From positions 1 through 64,000 of the IMG/VR virus record IMGVR_UViG_3300034072_000758: DNA of 64,000 bases; one strand, written 5' to 3'. The translations under genes and the position numbers were made by a program. The notes under the pieces were generated by a model, which did not search any database, was not told where the DNA came from, and saw nothing but the letters and a program-made list of their open reading frames with translations. This document shows, in pieces, positions 28,921 to 38,999 of this stretch (the stretch's first letter is position 1; each line of letters opens with the position of its first letter).

Positions 28921-29511
28921 ATGAACCTAGTTCCTATGGTGCTGGAACAAACCGCCACGGGTGAACGTTCCTACGACATTTACAGCTTGATGTTGAAGCA
29001 CCGTCAAGTGTTTGTCGGCGGACCAGTCAACGATACGATGGCGCAAACCATCGTCGCTCAACTTCTCTATTTGGAAAATGAAAATCCCAAGAAAGAGATC
29101 ACCATGTACGTCAACAGCCCCGGTGGTGTCGTGACGGCTGGTATGAGCATCATTGATACCATGAATTTCATCAAACCAGACGTTCATGTTATCGTTATGG
29201 GGCAAGCCTGTTCTATGGGTGCCATGATCACGACCTTTGGTGCCAAAGGTCATCGTCATATTCTCCCAAACGCCCGTATGATGTTTCACCAACCTTCGGG
29301 GGGTGCTCAGGGCATGGCTTCGGACATCGAAATCCAAGCCCGTGAGATTAGCTATTTGAAAAAGAAGCTGAATCAAATGGTAGCAGACAATACCGGCCAA
29401 CCGCTTGAATATGTGGAGCGTATCATGGATCGTGATACTTTCATGAGCGCTGAGGAAGCGGTCGCGTTTGGGGCTGTCGATCACATTATTCAGTCGAGAA
29501 ATCAAATATAG
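28921..29511 (+). CDS. clpP: ClpP protease subunit
   Basis: YDIYS, YVNSPGG, GQACSMG (catalytic Ser), MFHQP (His), DRD (Asp). Confidence 0.96.
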   Translation: MNLVPMVLEQTATGERSYDIYSLMLKHRQVFVGGPVNDTMAQTIVAQLLYLENENPKKEITMYVNSPGGVVTAGMSIIDTMNFIKPDVHVIVMGQACSMGAMITTFGAKGHRHILPNARMMFHQPSGGAQGMASDIEIQAREISYLKKKLNQMVADNTGQPLEYVERIMDRDTFMSAEEAVAFGAVDHIIQSRNQI

Positions 29512-29577
29512 ATAGCTTGACAATATATATTCTCATGATACTCTGAAATTTGGTAATATTCAGAAAGTAGGAGTACC

Positions 29578-29817
29578 ATGAGACCTGACTACCCACAAAA
29601 CGAATATACAGTTGTTCTTCTGAACAAGTTCACGCAAGATGATCTCAATCCAGTCCTATCTTTACTGGATCGTATGAGCATCAAGCTCGCTGGATACGGT
29701 CTGTGTGGTTTGGGTATTGTATTGGAATTTCAGCGCGCAAAAGCCGCGTTCGACATGATGAACTTCGGGATCACCGTCGATTTCCCAATCCAATTTAATA
29801 TAGTGGACCGAGGATAA
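29578..29817 (+). CDS. Early hypothetical protein
   Basis: TTGACA promoter and AGGAG SD. Confidence 0.6.
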   Translation: MRPDYPQNEYTVVLLNKFTQDDLNPVLSLLDRMSIKLAGYGLCGLGIVLEFQRAKAAFDMMNFGITVDFPIQFNIVDRG

Positions 29818-30169
29818 ACAACACTTCGTCATCCTCTTCATCGAAGAAGATTTTAACTTGGAAGTCGGGACCGGTATCTGTTCTTATGGTATAGCTGCCC
29901 GAACAGTTACTCATACACCAATCTTCTAGTATTGCTTCGGATAAGCAATACAAATCCTCTCTAATGAAGCGTTTATGATCAAACACAACCATGCTAATAT
30001 TTATTGACATGAGTGTGAAACATGGTACAACGGCCTCATGACCAAAGCTCTCGCATATTTTATCACCAATGACGGGATCATTACCCACGTAACGGGTGAT
30101 ATTGACACGGCCTTGCTTAACGAATGGTTCACCCATTATAAAATCGCGGGCGGTTTCATGAAATTTCAC
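29795..30169 (-). CDS. Hypothetical protein (FxxxxDxxxFxL family); start uncertain
   Basis: WCMSNCSG...IFFDEEDDEVLFIL. Confidence 0.6.
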   Translation of the reverse strand: MKFHETARDFIMGEPFVKQGRVNITRYVGNDPVIGDKICESFGHEAVVPCFTLMSINISMVVFDHKRFIREDLYCLSEAILEDWCMSNCSGSYTIRTDTGPDFQVKIFFDEEDDEVLFILGPLY

Positions 30170-30354
30170 GATAAGGATGCTTCGGATATTCTCGAAGAGA
30201 TCGCTCGTTTATATGGTAATTTTGAAATTTCTTATCGCTCTACCGATACTCTTAAGACATTTTCAAGTCTCAGTGGTAAAAACACCGTTGATTTTTTTAG
30301 AGCCGTAACAACAGGCTGTTCGAAAAATCAATCGGCTAAACTTCGTCTGTACAT

Positions 30355-30567
30355 TTAACGGTGGCGATAAACAATCCGCCCCTTGGTAAAATCGTGGATA
30401 CTCATTTCGATGTCTACCACATCACCCTGAGATACCCGAATATTATTTCGTTTTATTTTTCCACTTAGATGGCACATGACTTCGTGGCCATTTTCAAGCT
30501 TTACGCGGAACAGGCTAGGTAATAGCTCTGAGACCGTCCCTTTTATTTTTATGATGTCCTTTTCCAA
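30355..30567 (-). CDS. infA: Translation initiation factor IF-1
   Basis: FRVKLENGH, HLSGK, GDVV and KGRIVYR motifs; TAAATA upstream. Confidence 0.95.
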   Translation of the reverse strand: MEKDIIKIKGTVSELLPSLFRVKLENGHEVMCHLSGKIKRNNIRVSQGDVVDIEMSIHDFTKGRIVYRHR

Positions 30568-30683
30568 AAAGTTCCTCTGATTGGTTTACGAGATATTTAT
30601 TTTATCTCAGTTTTAAATTGACTTTGACGCGAAGTTATCGCTATGGTCATGTTAACCATGTCACCTAGCGTTAGAGTAAGCGT

Positions 30684-32633
30684 ATGATCGTTGAGTCCAA
30701 AGTCCGCGAGATCGAAACATCCGACAATGTAAAGACCAAAGGTTTTAGCATTAAGGCAAGCGGTAAGGCATTCAAGTTGCTGTCGTCCGGTCTGTATAAG
30801 GACAAGATCAAAGCAATTATCCGCGAGATTTCGTGTAACGCTTATGACTCTCATAAGGCGGCGGGTAATCCAAATCCGTTCGATGTTCACCTTCCCAATC
30901 AATTCGATCCAACTTTCACGGTGAGAGACTATGGTACTGGCTTGTCCGATGAAGACATGCTGAACCTGTTCACCACATACTTTGAAAGCACCAAAACGAA
31001 CACCAACGATCAAATTGGTGCGTTCGGCCTTGGATCGAAATCTCCGTTCTCGTACACTACCCAATTTACAGCAACCAGCTTCTTCCCGATCAATGAAACA
31101 ACCCGGATGAAGTCGGTCTACCAAGTGTTCCTGAACAGCTACGATGAACCGTCGATTTCTTTGCTTCACCAAGAAGAAACAGATGAACCGTCTGGTTTAG
31201 AAATCAGCTTGTCCATCGAGCCACGAGACTTCAATACGTTCCAGCGCTCGGCGGTTGAGGTCTATCGATATTTCGACCTGAAACCCAATGTTACGCCGAC
31301 ACTAACATACCCGGAGTCACAAGTGTTCTTGGAAGGTGAGAAATATCGTGTTCTCAAGTATGGTAACGCTGTGGCAATTATGGGTGTTGTCGCGTATCCC
31401 ATAGACACCAGCATTATCAGCCACAAAGCCGCCAGATGGGCCGTAGAGCTTAAGTTTGATATTGGTGATGTAGACATCACCGCTGGTCGTGAAGAACTCT
31501 CATACGACCCCCAGACCATTGCTGCCGTTAACAAGGCTCTGGATGGTGTTGTGAATGACTATTACGCACAGGCATCGACCGAGATCAAGAAATGTAAAAC
31601 GATGAAGGAGGCGTATGAGTTTTATGGCAAATACTCAGAATACATGTCTGACCCTCTGCTGTTCCGTGGTCATAAAATTTCGACCGATGTGGTGAAATAT
31701 TGGAACGATACTACCGATAATGTTTCGGTCCAGAGAGTCGAGAACACTGGTCCGATCAAGGACTTTAATAAAAGTTTTGACATTGCCACAACGGACGCCA
31801 TCATTTTGGATGACGGGACGCCATGTCGCACAACCAAGCTTCGATATTGGAAGAACAGCCGCCGTGGCCGCGCGTGGGTATTTTCTCGCATCCCAGAAGT
31901 TCTTAAGAAGTCACTCGAAGGCTGGGAAATTATCAATCTCGCCGATCTTCCAAAACCACCCCCTCGTCCGCGCGCCAATTATTCATACGTTCGTCAAAAG
32001 CCAATTATGTCGGTTTTGAATGTTGCTACTGGCGCGCGCGAAGAAGAAACCGTCCGTCCTCTGGTCGAAGGGGAAGTATACATCCGTCACGGAACCGCCA
32101 ACTATTTGTATGGCGATCATATGATTTCGATGAATGATAGTGGCGTAAATTTCCTCGCGCTATGTAAGCTCTTGGGTTTGGATAAACTCTACTTTGTCAC
32201 CACTACCACCAACAAGAAGCATCTGGTCAACGCTGTTGACTTGAAGACATATGTTTCCAACCGAATGAATCATCCAGAAGTCCTCAGCATTCTTCGCTAT
32301 AATGAGATCGAAGATTCATCAACCATATCGGTTTTGAGGTCTCTGGTCACCATTATGGAAGAAAAGAACCCGGACCATGTTGTCCTCCCGGTCATCAAGC
32401 GAAAAGTTGAAGTTTACAGCATGGTCAACTATGACCTGAGACGCAAGTTCAAGCTTTATCCGCCGCATACCTATAATCGCCAGAAGAGTGAATTTGAACT
32501 CCAATGGGACGAATTGGTCATGCAATATCCGCTTCTCACCTCAGCATTGAACGGTAGAGAAAAACACACCTACATCACCCTCGTGGACGAACTCAATTCG
32601 TTGCGTGAAGCCCAGCAGAAAGTATCCGCGTAA
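30684..32633 (+). CDS. rIIA: rIIA-like protein (GHKL ATPase domain)
   Basis: LSSGLYKDK, REISCNAYDSH, RDYGTGLS, GAFGLGSKS; followed by rIIB. Confidence 0.9.
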   Translation: MIVESKVREIETSDNVKTKGFSIKASGKAFKLLSSGLYKDKIKAIIREISCNAYDSHKAAGNPNPFDVHLPNQFDPTFTVRDYGTGLSDEDMLNLFTTYFESTKTNTNDQIGAFGLGSKSPFSYTTQFTATSFFPINETTRMKSVYQVFLNSYDEPSISLLHQEETDEPSGLEISLSIEPRDFNTFQRSAVEVYRYFDLKPNVTPTLTYPESQVFLEGEKYRVLKYGNAVAIMGVVAYPIDTSIISHKAARWAVELKFDIGDVDITAGREELSYDPQTIAAVNKALDGVVNDYYAQASTEIKKCKTMKEAYEFYGKYSEYMSDPLLFRGHKISTDVVKYWNDTTDNVSVQRVENTGPIKDFNKSFDIATTDAIILDDGTPCRTTKLRYWKNSRRGRAWVFSRIPEVLKKSLEGWEIINLADLPKPPPRPRANYSYVRQKPIMSVLNVATGAREEETVRPLVEGEVYIRHGTANYLYGDHMISMNDSGVNFLALCKLLGLDKLYFVTTTTNKKHLVNAVDLKTYVSNRMNHPEVLSILRYNEIEDSSTISVLRSLVTIMEEKNPDHVVLPVIKRKVEVYSMVNYDLRRKFKLYPPHTYNRQKSEFELQWDELVMQYPLLTSALNGREKHTYITLVDELNSLREAQQKVSA

Positions 32634-33835
32634 TGTCCATCCCATTTTCCTATATCCACAACAAGGGCGTGGCCCTGTCGTTCATGTCTCGTTCGGGTAA
32701 AGTCATCACCTATGTTGATGCCGAATTTTACGAACCCGGTTTGGAACTCGTTCGGGAAATATTAAAGACACCGAAAGACACCCCCGAATACGACGCTCTG
32801 CGCGAAAAGCTAGAAAATTTGAACAAACTCGCCGAAAAAGTGATCAAGTCGATGAACGGCCACATCGAAATTCGCGGCGATCAAGTTCTATATGACGGCG
32901 AGCCGGTTCATAATACCATCGTGGATCGCATCATCGAAGGTGCTAAGGAAGATATGGATATGACATCTTATATCAACTTCCTCGAAAACCTCATGCTGAA
33001 CCCGTCGAACCAGACTGTTAACGAGGTCTATGATTTCATGGAGGCTAACTCTATGGGGATCACTGACGATGGTTATCTGTTGGCTTACAAGCGCGTTCGC
33101 GGGGATTTTAAAGACATCTACACCGGCAAGATGGATAACAGCCCCGGTACAGTCGTGCGGATGCCGCGCAACCGTGTGAACGATGATCGAACCCAAACCT
33201 GTTCACATGGCCTCCACGCCTGTTCCATGAATTATCTTCCGCATTACGGGACTTCGCCGGAAAACACGGTCGTAATTGTGAAGATTCACCCCAAGGACGT
33301 GGTGAGCATTCCTATTGACTACAAGAACGCTAAGATGCGTTGCTGTGAGTATCTGGTTTTGGCCGAATACACCGACCCGGATAAAGAAGACATTCTCGCC
33401 ACCCGCTTCATTTGGAGCGAAGAAGACCTCGAAGACGAGTTCGGCTCCGAAGACGATCATGATAATTTCGATAACGACGATTTCGATAACGATGATTGGT
33501 ATAAAAACCACGACGAACAGCCTTCTACCGAATATGAGAAAAATGATGAAGGTGTATACGACTGGAAGGGCGAGGGTGAGCCGAACTACCCCGCGTCCGA
33601 TCCATACGAAGTCGCCAAGTTCTATTCAACCACCGCTAATAGCGAAGTCCCAGAAGATGCCACCGACATCGACACAGAGCGCGCCAAGACTTATGGTGAT
33701 GTGCGCGAAGATGTTTTGCGCCAAGCGACTGGTCAAACGTTCGTTCCCAGCGCCTCGCTATTCTATAATAACGGACGTATTCAGGTTTCTCCGACACCTA
33801 AATATGATTCCAATAATGATGACAAGGAAGTATAA
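32633..33835 (+). CDS. rIIB: rIIB-like protein with acidic C-terminal tail
   Basis: FLENLMLNPS, ITDDGYLLAYK, CSHGLH and VVSIPIDY...KMRCCEY motifs. Confidence 0.9.
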   Translation: MSIPFSYIHNKGVALSFMSRSGKVITYVDAEFYEPGLELVREILKTPKDTPEYDALREKLENLNKLAEKVIKSMNGHIEIRGDQVLYDGEPVHNTIVDRIIEGAKEDMDMTSYINFLENLMLNPSNQTVNEVYDFMEANSMGITDDGYLLAYKRVRGDFKDIYTGKMDNSPGTVVRMPRNRVNDDRTQTCSHGLHACSMNYLPHYGTSPENTVVIVKIHPKDVVSIPIDYKNAKMRCCEYLVLAEYTDPDKEDILATRFIWSEEDLEDEFGSEDDHDNFDNDDFDNDDWYKNHDEQPSTEYEKNDEGVYDWKGEGEPNYPASDPYEVAKFYSTTANSEVPEDATDIDTERAKTYGDVREDVLRQATGQTFVPSASLFYNNGRIQVSPTPKYDSNNDDKEV

Positions 33836-34146
33836 TGAATATCGTAATTCATACGAAAACAGGTTGCCCGTACTGCGACAAGGCTAAGGAATTTCTTACC
33901 CAAAAGGGCATCAAGTACGACGCTATTCTTCATGACGATCTGTCCGACCGACAAGCGATGTATGATTCTTTTGGTTTGGAAGGGAACAAAAGAACTGTTC
34001 CTCAGATCGTTATCGACGGCATCCGTATCGGAGGCTATAACGAACTGGTATCGATGTCTGCGTTCCAAAACGATGACGCCGAACCCGGTTCGGATGGATG
34101 CTCCGAAGACGGTTTCTGCGCCATCAATTTCAGTGACGATTTCTAA
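33835..34146 (+). CDS. Glutaredoxin
   Basis: CPYC, TVPQI and IGGY motifs. Confidence 0.92.
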   Translation: MNIVIHTKTGCPYCDKAKEFLTQKGIKYDAILHDDLSDRQAMYDSFGLEGNKRTVPQIVIDGIRIGGYNELVSMSAFQNDDAEPGSDGCSEDGFCAINFSDDF

Positions 34147-35285
34147 GCGAATTTCAACAAATCGTCTTTAGTTGCCTTAAAGTCGCTGTCGATCCAGATG
34201 GATTTCAGCGACTTTATTTTTGCCCCCATTTCGGGGCCGGGTTTGTATTTCCCGGTAGCCAGCAGATCATTCCCGTTGACCGGGAAATTCGGCACTTGAA
34301 AATCCGCGTAAGCAATATTGTCTCGGTGATAGATCAGAAATGCCTTTACGGCTTCCCTGCTGTAACCCCAAGCCAACATTTCTTTGACGAACTCTTCGCC
34401 GTACTTTCGATGTCCTTGCGATTGACTAATCAGCTTTTCCAAATCTTCGATCAGCTTGGCATCGTCTCGGCTCAGTTTCCATTCAGTAGGCAGACGGCGA
34501 GCCGACAAACGCCCGACAACCATAATCAGAACAGTGAATGGGTCGTTAGTCAGTTTATTGGCATGGGTGGCATGGGTTGGATGATTGAAATCCGTTCCGA
34601 TAGCCTTATCTACTCCCAATGTTTCCATCAGCGTCAGAACTTCATCGGCACGGTCCAGCATGACGATCTTGGACATTTCCTGCCAGATACGCTCGCGCGA
34701 AATCTTGCTCAAATTCGGAGCCAGAGTTCGGATGGCATTGATCGCATCCGAAGGATATTCGATCTTGCCGCCGAAACGACCATAGAAGCGGAACCATCGC
34801 AGGATGCGCAGATAGTCTTCGTCCAACCGCTCATAAGCGTTGCCGACGAAAACACATCGCCCAGCTTTCAGGTCCGACAGACCGTTGAACGGATCGATCA
34901 GTTCGCCTTCAAATGTCATAGACATCGCATTGAACGTCAGGTCACGGCGCGACAGGTCTTCGATCCAGTCACGAGTAAAAGAAACGTCAGCATGACGACC
35001 ATCGTGATTTTGCTCTGTGCGCAGGGAAGTGATCTCGTAGATTTCACCATCCAGAAGCACGCTGATGGTCCCGTGATCAATACCAGTCGGAATAGAATGA
35101 TACCCGTACTTCGTATAGATGCTGATCTGTTCTTGCGGATTTGCGTCCGTACAGAAATCGGTATCCTTCGGCTTGATACCTAATTGGTAATCACGAACAC
35201 ACCCGCCGACGAAACGAATATCAAAACCTTCCGCAACAAAATTATTTCTCAGTTTGATCAACGAAGGCTTAATAAAATCTTTCAT
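34143..35285 (-). CDS. cca: CCA-adding enzyme / tRNA nucleotidyltransferase (class II)
   Basis: VGGCVRD, DTD, RRDLTFNA, EDYLRILR and SRERI motifs; AAGGAG SD before ATG 35285. Confidence 0.92.
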   Translation of the reverse strand: MKDFIKPSLIKLRNNFVAEGFDIRFVGGCVRDYQLGIKPKDTDFCTDANPQEQISIYTKYGYHSIPTGIDHGTISVLLDGEIYEITSLRTEQNHDGRHADVSFTRDWIEDLSRRDLTFNAMSMTFEGELIDPFNGLSDLKAGRCVFVGNAYERLDEDYLRILRWFRFYGRFGGKIEYPSDAINAIRTLAPNLSKISRERIWQEMSKIVMLDRADEVLTLMETLGVDKAIGTDFNHPTHATHANKLTNDPFTVLIMVVGRLSARRLPTEWKLSRDDAKLIEDLEKLISQSQGHRKYGEEFVKEMLAWGYSREAVKAFLIYHRDNIAYADFQVPNFPVNGNDLLATGKYKPGPEMGAKIKSLKSIWIDSDFKATKDDLLKFA

Positions 35286-35366
35286 ATACGGGTCTCCTTT
35301 TAATCGATTTAAATTGAATTGTATCACAGGTATTGTTATTGTCAAGTAGTACCAAGGACTAAGTAA

Positions 35367-36032
35367 ATGTCAAATACAAATCAAGCAAGTTATTTTACCG
35401 GACCACAAGGAGCACATGGTTCAGTTAATGTTTTAGGTTCTATGTTGGGTATTAGCACAAGTGCTGTAATAAAAACCCCACCGCTACGTGATCCTACTAT
35501 CAAAGCCTCTACGTTTTTCAAATCCGATGTAGTATACTCAACAGTTATTGATTTTCACGTCTCCATTTTCCAAGAAGTATACCCGGAATTTAGTGATGAT
35601 ATTGGTTCCGTAAATATCTCAAACTTTAATTTGGGGTCAAATGACAGCTTTTTGGCTTTCTCTACAATTGAAGTGAAAGATGCGTATGATAAGTGGTTCT
35701 CAAACTATTCCAAAATGTTTGGTTCGGAAAATCTTGCGAAGGCGAATTACTTTCCAACATTGACGCAACAAACTGATCTTTCGATAATAGCTGCCAAGCA
35801 TGACAAAACCGCAATTGACACTTCGTATATCACCGTACCAAACACTAGCATAACCAGTGATTCCGGCTATATCAATTTTCCTAGACAGTTCTATACTGAG
35901 CTTAAGGATGAATGGGCTTGGATTGTAACTAATTGTGAAAATCCAGTAAGCGTCTTAAAGGGACCGTATACCTATTATTGGGTTTTCACGAACAGCGACG
36001 ACGCCGTAAGATTCAAACTTTCACAAAAATAG
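35367..36032 (+). CDS. Hypothetical protein (FxxxxDAxxFKL family)
   Basis: WIVTNCE...WVFTNSDDAVRFKL. Confidence 0.65.
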   Translation: MSNTNQASYFTGPQGAHGSVNVLGSMLGISTSAVIKTPPLRDPTIKASTFFKSDVVYSTVIDFHVSIFQEVYPEFSDDIGSVNISNFNLGSNDSFLAFSTIEVKDAYDKWFSNYSKMFGSENLAKANYFPTLTQQTDLSIIAAKHDKTAIDTSYITVPNTSITSDSGYINFPRQFYTELKDEWAWIVTNCENPVSVLKGPYTYYWVFTNSDDAVRFKLSQK

Positions 36033-36089
36033 TTAATTGTAATTTCGTCGCATATGTGCTTTGATGGTAAAATCAAAAGGAAATAGTTC

Positions 36090-36605
36090 ATGGGTAAGCT
36101 GGTAATTTTATCTAAGGAAGAAGCCGCGAAGAACATGTCGCGTTTTGGGGCCATTCAACCATCTGATAAATTCCGAACAATGGATGAATTACATGCGTTC
36201 GTAGAAAGTTTTGCGGGCGATTTTTTCATTGTCGGAAAGCTGGATACCTCAACCAAAGGTAATATGATTGATCGAGTAATTCCACTATCTTCGCTCGATG
36301 AAGTTAACATCGAAAAAGATAGCGTATATTTGGGTGGTTTCGAAACCATGAGCGATCTTCAACGCTGGATGATGATGGAAATCAACACCACTTTCTTCTT
36401 AAAGTCTGGTGCCGACGCCAAAAAAGTAAATGATATATTCGCCGAAATCGTTGCTCCCGAATATGGCTTTGTTACCTGCAACAGCGAATACGCCAAGTAC
36501 GTGATCACCGATGACGATCTCGCCTTGGTTTTTAAACTCAAGGTATCCGAAGACATAATTCAACACGACCCGAACATTAAATTGCCTTTCAAATCAGAAG
36601 CATGA
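36090..36605 (+). CDS. Hypothetical protein
   Basis: 171 aa; AGGA SD; DDDLALVFKL. Confidence 0.65.
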   Translation: MGKLVILSKEEAAKNMSRFGAIQPSDKFRTMDELHAFVESFAGDFFIVGKLDTSTKGNMIDRVIPLSSLDEVNIEKDSVYLGGFETMSDLQRWMMMEINTTFFLKSGADAKKVNDIFAEIVAPEYGFVTCNSEYAKYVITDDDLALVFKLKVSEDIIQHDPNIKLPFKSEA

Positions 36606-37165
36606 CAAAGCTCGTCTGGTACATACACGGGGCCAACAGCACCCCGAACTCATTCAACTGGATACGAAGCAACCTTCCAGAGCATGATATTGTGCCTATC
36701 AGCTACGATCATTCCGTGTCCATTGATATAGTGATAGAAGACCTTGTTAAGCGCGCCCAAAAAGAAACTCGACCAATTAATATCATTGCTCATAGTCTTG
36801 GCGGTGTTATTGCTGTTCGGCTGGCACAAGAAGTAGCAATTAACAAGATCGTCACCTTAAGCTCGCCTTTTGGTGGCTCTAATAGTGCCAATATCATCAG
36901 ATGGTTTGCCCCCTCGCACCTGATGAATGACATCACGCCACAAAATAAAAATTACCTTTTGCTCAAAACTAATCGACCGGAGACTCCAATTTTATCCTTC
37001 GTGTCCAGCATTGGTTCTGTTTTAGGTGAAGAAACTGATGGCGTGGTAAGTGTTTCTAGCCAGAAAGCATTGCCTTATGCTACTTACGTCGATGTGAAAA
37101 TTAATCACTTCGAAGTATTGCTTTCTCCTGAAATTCTTGGTAGGGTGGAAGCCTTCTTATTTTAA
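36602..37165 (+). CDS. Alpha/beta hydrolase
   Basis: IHG oxyanion motif, AHSLGG nucleophile elbow, DGVV, NH. Confidence 0.85.
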   Translation: MTKLVWYIHGANSTPNSFNWIRSNLPEHDIVPISYDHSVSIDIVIEDLVKRAQKETRPINIIAHSLGGVIAVRLAQEVAINKIVTLSSPFGGSNSANIIRWFAPSHLMNDITPQNKNYLLLKTNRPETPILSFVSSIGSVLGEETDGVVSVSSQKALPYATYVDVKINHFEVLLSPEILGRVEAFLF

Positions 37166-38441
37166 TTGGGTGTCCCGTATCATGCTATATGGTTTCCACG
37201 AAAATCATATCACTTTCAAAACCGCCATCGTGGCGTCGGATGTCGCGGCAGAGTTCGCCGACCTGACCCCTGAAATGTTTGCCGCGAATGATGGTTTTGT
37301 TGCGGCTTCGATCCCCGAAGTCAGTGAAATGCTAACGACCTATCCGGGTCTCTCAGACTTTCCGATTATCGTTGAGTTTCGCACCGAAAAGCAACGCGAA
37401 GCCTTCGATGAAAAACACGGGATCACAATTCTGCCTCTGGGTACGACCGACGAAGGCTTGGTTGATTATTCCAGCGTCATTGAGGTTCAATCCAAAATGA
37501 TTGCCTTGCCGGAAGGCGAGGAAGCCCCCCTCCAAACTATCGAACAGATGTACAATCTCGACATCGATGATCGATGGAGCACCTATACGCCGGAACAACT
37601 GGCGGCTATGGAGGCGATGAAAAAGAAAATACAATCCGACTCCAAGAAGAACTCCAATACCGCTGGTATGAGCGGTGACGGTTCGTTTGACCCTAACCAA
37701 GATCGCTCTGAGAACGGAGTTCGTGTCACGGACGTGCGCGTCAAGGAAGACGAGTCGGGGCGCAGCATCATCGACAACATCTTGGGTATGAAAGATACCC
37801 TTCTCGAACCGACCCACGAGTTTTTCATTGGTAAGGGCGAGAACTATTATCACAAGGTCGAAGTGTATGATAAGACCATCGAAGACATCAAGGATGTTAT
37901 CGAACTTCACCGCGCCAAGGTCTATAAGGACGCCGACTACGGTTGCTGGGTAGCCTTCGTGGCTGAGAAATCCGGTCGTAATGCCAAGAAGGCTTTGGAC
38001 GCCGCTGGTCTGTCCTATAAGCTCTATATCAGCGACGGTGACGGGAACGAATATGTACCGCCTGAGCATCTGGTGGAAGATGTGGAGCATCCGCGTCCGT
38101 GGAATGTCAACCGCGACAAACTTTGGGGCATGTCCGAGGAAGACATCAAGAAGAACAACAAGACCTACAAAGGCAAAGAATTTGCCTATACCGTCAAGGA
38201 ACTCGAATATCCGAAATCAGGCTGTATCGTGTACATCACGCCGTTCGCTTATTTTGAACAACAGAATAAGATGTGGTCTGGTCCGCTGGGTATCTCACAC
38301 ATCCTGCCATCCGATTTCGTGGAAAAAGAACCGGGCGTCTATTACTCGCCGTATAACGAGAACATGACGATGCATAAGCTCTCGGAAAAGGGCTTCATCG
38401 ATAACATGTTCTTGAAGACCTATTTGAACGAACACGCTTAA
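37137..38441 (+). CDS. Hypothetical protein (start probably ATG 37182)
   Basis: Long ORF with phage-like codon usage. Confidence 0.75.
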   Translation: MVGWKPSYFNWVSRIMLYGFHENHITFKTAIVASDVAAEFADLTPEMFAANDGFVAASIPEVSEMLTTYPGLSDFPIIVEFRTEKQREAFDEKHGITILPLGTTDEGLVDYSSVIEVQSKMIALPEGEEAPLQTIEQMYNLDIDDRWSTYTPEQLAAMEAMKKKIQSDSKKNSNTAGMSGDGSFDPNQDRSENGVRVTDVRVKEDESGRSIIDNILGMKDTLLEPTHEFFIGKGENYYHKVEVYDKTIEDIKDVIELHRAKVYKDADYGCWVAFVAEKSGRNAKKALDAAGLSYKLYISDGDGNEYVPPEHLVEDVEHPRPWNVNRDKLWGMSEEDIKKNNKTYKGKEFAYTVKELEYPKSGCIVYITPFAYFEQQNKMWSGPLGISHILPSDFVEKEPGVYYSPYNENMTMHKLSEKGFIDNMFLKTYLNEHA

Positions 38442-38501
38442 ATTCGTTCATGAGCGCGGTCAATCCAGATCGCGCTCTTATTTTACAGTAAAGCGTTAAC
38501 C

Positions 38502-38987
38502 ATGTTTGTAGCAGAGTTCAAAAAATTAGAAGAAGGTGATAAGGTAATTGTCACCAAGGGTGAGCGTAAGGATCAAATCGGAACCGTAACTAAAAAATCA
38601 TATTCTCGTTATGTGACGGTATTGTTTGAAGATGGTTCGGACGAAAGATTCGAGCATTCTGAGTTAAAAATGGAAACACAGAAAGACGATTATCTTTCTG
38701 ACACTCTGGGTAGAAAATTCAAACCTAATCAGCATGTGGTTTACGTCTCCAAACGTTTTGAACGACTAATCATGGGTGTGGGTCGCATCACAAAAGTGAA
38801 CCCTTCTGGTAAGGTCTTTATCGATAAGATTATGGAGGATGGTGAGAATGTCACCACCAAGCAATCCTTCATAACCGATTATACGAAATGCTTCATTATC
38901 CCAATCAATGATGAAGATGTAGTGATCGGCATCCTTCATGAATGGGATAAACAAAAGATGCTTGAGCATTTTAAAGACCGGGATTAA
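38502..38987 (+). CDS. KOW/SH3-like hypothetical protein
   Basis: GDKVIVTKGERKDQIGTV KOW pattern. Confidence 0.65.
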   Translation: MFVAEFKKLEEGDKVIVTKGERKDQIGTVTKKSYSRYVTVLFEDGSDERFEHSELKMETQKDDYLSDTLGRKFKPNQHVVYVSKRFERLIMGVGRITKVNPSGKVFIDKIMEDGENVTTKQSFITDYTKCFIIPINDEDVVIGILHEWDKQKMLEHFKDRD

Positions 38988-38999
38988 TCCCGGTCTTTT

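Noticed and set aside
30156-30171. Two opposite-strand ORFs both reading MKFH
   Set aside because: This follows from one 16-nt near-palindrome (tcatgaaatttcacga); there is no evidence of duplication, and the true starts are uncertain.
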